Virus record (IMG/VR): IMGVR_UViG_3300011432_000001 | Location: 1-64,000 of that record | Length of the DNA: 64,000 nt | Origin: a virus | Strand: one strand, 5' to 3' | In this document: positions 57,345 through 64,000 of the stretch, piece by piece | Layout: each line of letters begins with the position of its first letter | Numbering within the stretch: the stretch's first letter is position 1 | Notes under the pieces: generated by a model | The model's database searches: none | Told to the model about the DNA's origin: nothing | What the model saw: the letters and a program-made list of their open reading frames with translations, nothing else | Made by a program: the position numbers and the translations under genes

Positions 57345-58307
57345 TTAGACGTTCGCTGCGTCGAGGATAAGGTAACCGGCGATTTGGTCATCGCTGGCAT
57401 CCACGGCAGTCATCTTGTGATCATACGCGCGTGAGCAACGGATGAGATCGGACTTACGTGGGTTTTCCCTCCAACGATCGACAGTCTGACCTTCCCACGT
57501 AAACTCGTATCCATACGCAGGAATCTTCAAACCCGGACGTGTCGGAACATAAGCCATAACCACATCATTGCCCCAAAGGTAGGCCAAAGATTCAGGCTGT
57601 CCAAGTGGAGCGGTGTTGATACCAACACCAGGAACGATAACTTCCTCAAATCCAAGCAGTGAAGCAAGAAGCTCAGGAGAGAAAATTGCGCGCTCAGAAT
57701 ACTTGATGCGCTCCAGGAAGTCTGGGTGATCTTCCATGACTGACATAACCGCGTAAGGAATGACAATCTTGTTCGGCTCACGGAAGATACGTGAGTGGAT
57801 GGCACGCTTGCCGGTACGCATAACTCCAATTGGGTCGGAGTTCGTGTAGTCGTTCCACTGCGACGTACCCGAAAGGGTGACGGTGTTTGTGGAAGCATAG
57901 TTCGCGGCAGTCGTTGCGAGAGTCTGAATGGCGCGCTCTCGGCCAAGCAGAATCTTCGAGGTCACAAGTTCAGTTCCGTCACGATCAGGGTTAAGCGGAG
58001 AATCTGCGTTCTTGCGTTCCTCATCAGTGACAGCAATCTGAAGCGAGTGCTCAATTGCAAAATATGGCTCGGTCGAAACGGCTGCACCAAGGATCTCACG
58101 AGCAACCGCTCCAGGCGCGCGCACGTCATCCTCAGGAAGCCAGTTCTCGCGGCCGAAGACATAGAAAATGTCAGATTGCTTTTTCACTGGGACAGAAGGG
58201 AAGAGCTTCTCCCCCACTAGCCCATTGTTTGGATATCCAACGCTGATCTGAGTAAGTACCTGATCAACATGGACATCCCCAGAGCCACTAGGGCTGTAAA
58301 CCGACAT
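57345..58307 (-). CDS. major capsid protein (lambda gpE-like family)
   Basis: 320 aa; starts MSVYSPSG (lambda E starts MSMY..); follows the decoration-like protein in a lambda-type head order. Confidence 0.65.
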   Translation of the reverse strand: MSVYSPSGSGDVHVDQVLTQISVGYPNNGLVGEKLFPSVPVKKQSDIFYVFGRENWLPEDDVRAPGAVAREILGAAVSTEPYFAIEHSLQIAVTDEERKNADSPLNPDRDGTELVTSKILLGRERAIQTLATTAANYASTNTVTLSGTSQWNDYTNSDPIGVMRTGKRAIHSRIFREPNKIVIPYAVMSVMEDHPDFLERIKYSERAIFSPELLASLLGFEEVIVPGVGINTAPLGQPESLAYLWGNDVVMAYVPTRPGLKIPAYGYEFTWEGQTVDRWRENPRKSDLIRCSRAYDHKMTAVDASDDQIAGYLILDAANV

Positions 58308-58354
58308 CTGGTGATTCCTTTCTTAAATATAAGTAGATGTTGAGCCAGGTAAGA

Positions 58355-58744
58355 CTACGAAACCCACTTGACACCAGGTGTAAGAAGGACATCAACAATC
58401 GCGCCAGCGGTTCCAGTCTGCAAAGCGATACCAGCAACAAAGTTCGCTGCCGTAGTACCCAAAATGGCCTTGCCATCGGGTGCAGTAACAAGACGCCCAC
58501 CAGGACCAGCACCACCAGTACCGAGAGTGACAGCCGCAACGCCCATCATGCGAACACCAACGACGGCACCTTCAACTACCTTTGCCGCAGAAATGCTATC
58601 CATGACCACACCAAGAACCATTACACCATCCGCAGATGGAGTAAGGTCAATGTGGTTCTGAGTGGTTCCTACTGTGCAGAAGCGGTTGGCGATGGTGGCT
58701 GCCGAGCCATCAGGAATCCTAGAAACATCAAGAACAAAGTTCAT
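58355..58744 (-). CDS. putative head decoration-like protein (Gly/Ala/Val-rich beta protein)
   Basis: 129 aa, between the protease/scaffold gene and the capsid gene, as lambda gpD is. Confidence 0.4.
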   Translation of the reverse strand: MNFVLDVSRIPDGSAATIANRFCTVGTTQNHIDLTPSADGVMVLGVVMDSISAAKVVEGAVVGVRMMGVAAVTLGTGGAGPGGRLVTAPDGKAILGTTAANFVAGIALQTGTAGAIVDVLLTPGVKWVS

Positions 58745-58757
58745 TATTCACTACTCC

Positions 58758-60125
58758 CTACTTAGTGGCTTCCGCACCTTCACCGAAACGGTAACGAGTG
58801 TAAAGGTCTGGATCGTCCGATGCTACCTTCTCAATCGCCTCAAGGAAGCTCATCTTCTGTTCAGCCATGAGCTTGTTGGTTCGATCGTTGAAGATCTCCG
58901 TAGCAGTCTTCTCTGACATGTCATAACCTGGCCGTACAGATGCACCAGAACGCTGACCCAATTCCACAAGGAACGTAGAAGAAGTTTTCACAGCATCCAT
59001 GAGAGCCCAGAACTTAGGCTGGTCCGAATCTCCAAGAGCAAGCACAACCTCACGCGCAAGGGACTTAGCTGCAGGCGTAAGAGAAAGCTTGGAATTGTCA
59101 AACTCAGAAAGCTTCGAATCCACCATGGTTTCGCGCATCTTCTTGTTGCCTTCAGTAAGAGCTACAGCCTGCGCCTCGAAGTGAGTAAACAGAGCCTTGA
59201 CGACTGGGTTTTCCTCACTGAGCTTCTTCAGCTCTTCAATTTCTTCCAGCTTGCTGACCAGAGTCGTAGTAGTTTCCGTCTTGGGAGGCTGCGGAGTAAG
59301 CTTCTCAGCGAGGCTCTTCGTCACACCCTCAATGATTTTGTTCATTTCCTCTTCGGTCATGTGGGTTTCCTTACCCTTGAGATCCGTCGACGGCTTGCCA
59401 GTAATTGCCGACACCAAATCGAAGGAGTTGTCAATCACTGACTCTGAAAGGTTGAGTGGAACGAGGTTCTTCATAAATGGCCGGTTGGTGATAGCTCCGC
59501 CCATGACCACGTCCTGGAATTTCTTACCTTGCGTATCGATCCACTCGTCAGCAAATTCGATAGAGAAATACTTAAACTTCTTCTCCCGAATCTTCTGCGC
59601 TGCGTCTTTGACGAATTCAACAAAAAGCCAGAGTCCATTGGACCTGGCTTCCGCGTCCTTCACCCATCCGGTAGCACCTTCTGAGCTGTCATTGTCGTGG
59701 TTATAGTTCAGACTAGGCTCAATACCACGAACCTTGGTCTTCACGTTGTCCGCGAATCGCTTCGCGCGATCTGGATCGACTTTGATCAGTCCATACTTCG
59801 GGTGCTGGTACTCACCTAGTGGCAGTGCATGAACCCACTTGGTATCTTCACTCTCGCTAAGCTGCAAGGTGTCGATGCCAACTAGGAAACTGTAAGTTTC
59901 TCCCATCTTTCCTCCTTCCGATGCATAAAGAGCTGCCAATTGGGATGTGGCACCATCATGCGTGTCGTGACATCCTAAGGAAGAACCGCCACTCTTTTTG
60001 TAGACGCAATGCTTGGTGCCCGACATCCTGATCTCGTATGGCATATTGGGCCATCCAACGCTTACACCAGGAAGAACCTGATCTATATGAACATTTCCAG
60101 AACCACTAGGACTGTACATTGACAT
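58758..60125 (-). CDS. prohead protease (Mu gpI-like) fused to a C-terminal coiled-coil scaffold domain, with an N-terminal capsid-like peptide
   Basis: HALPLGEYQHP..WVKDAEARSNGLWLFVEFV..KFKYFSIEF core; Glu/Lys-rich helical C-terminal half; N-terminal 28 aa are about 70% identical to the capsid protein N-terminus. Confidence 0.5.
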   Translation of the reverse strand: MSMYSPSGSGNVHIDQVLPGVSVGWPNMPYEIRMSGTKHCVYKKSGGSSLGCHDTHDGATSQLAALYASEGGKMGETYSFLVGIDTLQLSESEDTKWVHALPLGEYQHPKYGLIKVDPDRAKRFADNVKTKVRGIEPSLNYNHDNDSSEGATGWVKDAEARSNGLWLFVEFVKDAAQKIREKKFKYFSIEFADEWIDTQGKKFQDVVMGGAITNRPFMKNLVPLNLSESVIDNSFDLVSAITGKPSTDLKGKETHMTEEEMNKIIEGVTKSLAEKLTPQPPKTETTTTLVSKLEEIEELKKLSEENPVVKALFTHFEAQAVALTEGNKKMRETMVDSKLSEFDNSKLSLTPAAKSLAREVVLALGDSDQPKFWALMDAVKTSSTFLVELGQRSGASVRPGYDMSEKTATEIFNDRTNKLMAEQKMSFLEAIEKVASDDPDLYTRYRFGEGAEATK

Positions 60126-60266
60126 TTATGTACATCCTATCCATTAGTCCTTTGAATTTGGTGTTTTTTAACGTTTGGTAGTTATTCCTGTGGCTCACAC
60201 GGTACCACATCTTGTGTCAAGTAGTACAATGCCCAAACGGATGACAAAACTTGGTTTACACAACTG

Positions 60267-61775
60267 TCAATAGCCTCCTCCGGACCTGTCCGCACCAGCC
60301 TGAGGTGCGGGAGTCGAAGTTGGCGGCGTTTTTCCTTGATTTGGAGTTCCAACTTTTGGCGTCCCCACATTAGTACTGGGAGCAGTCAAACCGGCAGCAG
60401 GCGGATCAATATCACGCGCTGTGGATTTGTCCAATGGAGGAATGCTCATCTGCTTACGAATCAAAGCCTCTAGTGGGTCATCAGGAGTCAGTATCTTCGC
60501 ACCAACTAGGTTACGGAGTGCAAATGTCATCGTTCTAGTGTCTTCCCATTCACCCATACGCCTTACACAAAGCTTAGGATAACCACCTTTGCGCACGAAG
60601 TTCATATCCACAAGCTCGCGAATGAGCCATTTGTTGAATGTGGAGGCTACACACTGGGCAATGTAGCGAGTAGATTTGTAGAAGGTATCTAATGATTCCT
60701 TGGATACCTCTTTGCTGCCCATGAACGATGCCAGAATGGATTCATAAATTTTAGCATCGTGATGTTCAACAGACGGTATGGGATCTACCGGCTGTCCTTC
60801 CAGCTTGGCGAAATATATTTCCCAGTTGTTTGGAATCGTGATATACGCACGTTCGTTAGTCCTAAGGTTTCGCCCAAGGTCATTGGCCAGCTGCTTGTCG
60901 GAATCGGTAAACCCCAACGGCATAACGATGACCGGCACACCAATACCATGACGTTCCTTTTGAATCGCGTCAATCTTATACAGAGTATCTTTATAGTACC
61001 AGTGCTTAAACGCCGTACGTAATATGGAGGTACCTCTTAGGTCTCCACCTTCCATTTCGAAGACCATCATCAACAGTTTATTAAACGAAATCTCAACTGG
61101 ATCCTTGGTGAAATCCTGTCCGTTTAATGGTTCCATAACGACGCCAAGCAAATTCCCATAGACATCATAGTTCCAACTCTGTACATCAAGAGGATGTAGC
61201 GGAGCCAGACGCTCAAGCACAATTTTGCTCTGAGTAGTATCCCGTTTGTACACTTTTTCAAACGGAAAGAACCCATAGTCGATACAACGCAAACAATCCT
61301 CTACAACTCGCTCCCAAGTCGTATCTAGGTCCTGAAACAAGTTATTTCCAACAAAATCAGCTATATTTTGGTCTATTGTGGACTTACTTGCAGGCTCTAT
61401 ATACCATTCTGCACCTTGAATTGGTGTCTTGATAATCCGTAATCCTCCACGCACCGCACCATCGCTTCTACTCATATCATAGAAGGTCCTCAGGCCGCGC
61501 CGTTCACGCAACTCTGGAACATGTTCCAGACGAGTCCATGCAGTGAAAGGGCTGGGATCAATAAAGCCCATCTCAGCGAACCCCGTGCCCGAAGATACGA
61601 GATTACCGCGCTCGGCCATCTGAATGTACGAACCATTAACGGGGTCATAAACAGCATCGACGATGTCATATCGCTTGGTGAGTTCTCCAAGCTCGGCGGT
61701 TTTTGTCGCCCAGTGGTGTTCGATGACGGCTACAGCTTGTTCTTGGCTGTCCAACTTTTCATCCATAGTGTCCAC
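60267..61775 (-). CDS. portal protein
   Basis: 502 aa, between the large terminase and the protease. Confidence 0.65.
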   Translation of the reverse strand: MDTMDEKLDSQEQAVAVIEHHWATKTAELGELTKRYDIVDAVYDPVNGSYIQMAERGNLVSSGTGFAEMGFIDPSPFTAWTRLEHVPELRERRGLRTFYDMSRSDGAVRGGLRIIKTPIQGAEWYIEPASKSTIDQNIADFVGNNLFQDLDTTWERVVEDCLRCIDYGFFPFEKVYKRDTTQSKIVLERLAPLHPLDVQSWNYDVYGNLLGVVMEPLNGQDFTKDPVEISFNKLLMMVFEMEGGDLRGTSILRTAFKHWYYKDTLYKIDAIQKERHGIGVPVIVMPLGFTDSDKQLANDLGRNLRTNERAYITIPNNWEIYFAKLEGQPVDPIPSVEHHDAKIYESILASFMGSKEVSKESLDTFYKSTRYIAQCVASTFNKWLIRELVDMNFVRKGGYPKLCVRRMGEWEDTRTMTFALRNLVGAKILTPDDPLEALIRKQMSIPPLDKSTARDIDPPAAGLTAPSTNVGTPKVGTPNQGKTPPTSTPAPQAGADRSGGGY

Positions 61776-61778
61776 TCT

Positions 61779-63218
61779 CTAGAACGTTTGGCCGTCCAAA
61801 CTTACAAAACCACTGCTTGCTAACGTTGGATAGCGCTCAAGGTATTCATTATTCGTGAACAAGCCACTGTCCCCAATACCTTCCTTAAGCTCACCGGGAG
61901 AAATCAAATCAGACAATCTGCTTCGATACCCCAGCTCAAAAATATGCATCAAGCCGTACCTAAGCGCGTCTAGCGCATGATCTTCACTTTTCTTCGCCAT
62001 TTCACGCGGGTCTGAGTCCTTAACACCAGGAACAGCTTTGTAATTATTAAATTCGCGAACCAAATTCCTGCAACTGGGATCAACGTAAAGTCCAGGCTTT
62101 TTGGTTTTTCTGATCTTCAGAAATCTTTTTACTAAGTCAATACCCTGTCGCCAGTTGTCCTTCGACTTTGGATCCCCAACGCATGGACAAAAATATCTAG
62201 TAAGAGTCTCAATGCCTTCAGGATCGGCAGCATCAGCAAATGCCATTTCAATCTTGTAGCCCTTAGGCTGATCCCGATTACGCATGATTTGCATGTGCTC
62301 TTCGAGAGTCAAGCCCTTTTCGTAATGCTCGCGCCAAACATGAATTGTGTCATCTGGAGCCAACTGAAACTCTATCGCAGCGAACGGGTTGACGAACCCA
62401 AAGTCGATGCACATAAAGTTGGGCCACTCAGGATTGTATACATGATTGCTAACATGTATCCGTTCCAGAAACTCTTTATAAATTTTACCTGTAAAGCTTG
62501 TGAAATCTGCGGCAATCTCCTGAAGGAATGCTTCAGTAGACATGTTGCGCCGCATCCGCTGAATCTCAGGATCCTGGAACCCACCAGGAAAGATTACCGT
62601 ATTTTCCCAGGTCGGGTACTGCCAGCTTTGATAGTCCTCCTCGCCGCCGTCCAAACCTAGTTGCCACAGCTCATAAAAGAAGTTCTGGCCTTCCGGAGTA
62701 CTGGTGAAAATAGCGCTCCCGCGCTTATCCGATATGGCAGGCTCAAGCATTCGATCCCAGGTCTCACGCTGGTGTTTCGCCGTTTCACACATCACAATCA
62801 AATCGAGTCCGTCACCCACCAGCGAGTCTTTCCGATCCGCGCTTCTTACCTCAATAGAAGTTCCCCAAGGGAAATTGATAAACATTTCCCCCTGCCTTAG
62901 CGAATAGCTTTTCTTAATCAGCGGGTCTTTACCAAACTCCAGCTTGACAATCATGTCGTTCCAAATGACCCGAAACTCTTTCTCGCCCAAAATATAAGTA
63001 GGCGCAACAAGCCAAATCCTCTTATCGGGCACCATCAACAGCGGCTCGATATCCTTAGCGGTCATATACGTTTTGCCAGCACGTCTGCCGCAGGCTGCAA
63101 CCTTGAACCGCGCCATGCTCTTATGGAATTCCACCTGCCTCGGATGTGGTTTGTATCCGATAAGCCTAAAGAATTTGGCCTTATCCACCACCTTTCCACC
63201 AGGAATCGTTCCAATCAC
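61779..63218 (-). CDS. terminase large subunit
   Basis: Walker A KVAACGRRAGKT; C-terminal nuclease-like domain; 479 aa. Confidence 0.85.
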   Translation of the reverse strand: MIGTIPGGKVVDKAKFFRLIGYKPHPRQVEFHKSMARFKVAACGRRAGKTYMTAKDIEPLLMVPDKRIWLVAPTYILGEKEFRVIWNDMIVKLEFGKDPLIKKSYSLRQGEMFINFPWGTSIEVRSADRKDSLVGDGLDLIVMCETAKHQRETWDRMLEPAISDKRGSAIFTSTPEGQNFFYELWQLGLDGGEEDYQSWQYPTWENTVIFPGGFQDPEIQRMRRNMSTEAFLQEIAADFTSFTGKIYKEFLERIHVSNHVYNPEWPNFMCIDFGFVNPFAAIEFQLAPDDTIHVWREHYEKGLTLEEHMQIMRNRDQPKGYKIEMAFADAADPEGIETLTRYFCPCVGDPKSKDNWRQGIDLVKRFLKIRKTKKPGLYVDPSCRNLVREFNNYKAVPGVKDSDPREMAKKSEDHALDALRYGLMHIFELGYRSRLSDLISPGELKEGIGDSGLFTNNEYLERYPTLASSGFVSLDGQTF

Positions 63219-63403
63219 AAGTAAAACCCCACTCCAGTTTCGTGTCCTATGACAGGCTCAAAATGCGTAACCACAGTTATGGTCTCGGCCACAACATCTC
63301 CGTTGACATCATAACTCCGCACCCGAGTTTCAGTCTTACTCACCTGCACTTTTTCGTGTACCTCTTTTTCATCCATTTTTACTCCATTGATACTTACATC
63401 CAC
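63215..63403 (-). CDS. small hypothetical protein
   Basis: ORF overlapping the large terminase start. Confidence 0.35.
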   Translation of the reverse strand: MDVSINGVKMDEKEVHEKVQVSKTETRVRSYDVNGDVVAETITVVTHFEPVIGHETGVGFYL

Positions 63404-63464
63404 AATTCTCCCAGCTATGCCCCGATGCTTTGTGTAATATCAAGATGTCGTAATGTGTGTATGT

Positions 63465-63794
63465 TCAGGCCAAGGTAATTTGCGTGTGATCGATTCCTAC
63501 GTGTCGTTGAATCATTTTCTGGTATGAGGCGGCTTCAGCCTCCATAAATTCCGCTAATTCAAGCCACCACTCTTCTTCAGTGATGATACCTTTTTTGATT
63601 AGTAAACTAACGAGCGCACTAGTTTGCACCATCGAAGAATTAATGCCGACCCTCAAATGTTTTGGAGTTGTTTCTCCTGTTTCATAATTCATGTTCATGT
63701 TCATGGCAACGCCCCACTGCATCGCATGAGCAGCAGCCAAATACCTTCTCTTGTACTCATTATCGAAATCTTTAACTACATTCATGACAGCCAC
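63465..63794 (-). CDS. hypothetical protein (possible small terminase subunit)
   Basis: Position upstream of the large terminase; GTG start. Confidence 0.3.
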   Translation of the reverse strand: MAVMNVVKDFDNEYKRRYLAAAHAMQWGVAMNMNMNYETGETTPKHLRVGINSSMVQTSALVSLLIKKGIITEEEWWLELAEFMEAEAASYQKMIQRHVGIDHTQITLA

Positions 63795-64000
63795 ACTCGT
63801 TTCATGTGATTAGTCCGCACTCCCGTGTGTATGTAAATAGGCACACTTGCAGTGGTTAGTCGGTAGCAAAAACTCAAATCTTCACTCATAGCCAGTAATT
63901 TAGTATCGTGCTTGTATCGAAGCTGGTTAAACCAACTATCACCGTATTTTTGTAGAACTGCATCAGCCGCCTCGCGGCTTATCAGTAGGCACCCAGTACC

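Noticed and set aside
1-64000. An integrase or other recombinase to go with the excisionase-like gene and tRNA fragment
   Set aside because: No ORF in the window shows tyrosine- or serine-recombinase motifs. It may lie outside the window or be absent.

Overview
This 64 kb window reads as a near-complete tailed-phage genome, or at least a large contiguous piece of one, laid out as two convergent arms. Bases 1-37,500 are a plus-strand early/replication arm. Bases 37,580-63,800 are a minus-strand late arm carrying lysis, tail, head and packaging genes. The two arms meet at a strong bidirectional hairpin terminator at about 37,548-37,576.

The early arm holds many small ORFs with strong Shine-Dalgarno sites (AGGAGG-like) and a set of recognisable replication and repair genes: an SNF2 helicase, a MazG-like pyrophosphohydrolase, a Cas4-like PD-(D/E)xK nuclease, a Sak4-like ATPase next to a DUF669-like protein, a PrimPol, a RecD-like helicase, a family-A DNA polymerase with an N-terminal UDG4-like domain, and a RuvC-like resolvase. 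It also carries a Ro60/TROVE+vWA (Rsr) orthologue, a secreted PT-linker beta-helix protein and a lipoprotein.

The late arm follows a lambda-like head order: large terminase, portal, a Mu-I/Z-like protease-scaffold, a decoration-like protein, and a lambda-E-like major capsid protein. This is followed by neck proteins, a putative major tail protein carrying an FN3-like domain, an unusual 6 kb block of large structural proteins, a tail assembly chaperone, an 819-aa tape measure protein, distal tail and fibre proteins, a LAS-type endolysin and holin-like membrane proteins.

The most unusual region is a 1.75 kb ORF-free RNA island at 10.4-12.15 kb. It holds tRNA genes and eight copies of a conserved 'GACTGAAT - covarying hairpin - CACATGTTYGMAA' element that I cannot assign to any known element class. 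The Rsr gene is flanked by tRNA-Pro and by partial tRNA-like modules (T-arm plus acceptor). That arrangement is what one expects of Y-RNA (YrlA-like) partners of Ro60.

All calls are made from the sequence alone; no database searches were possible.
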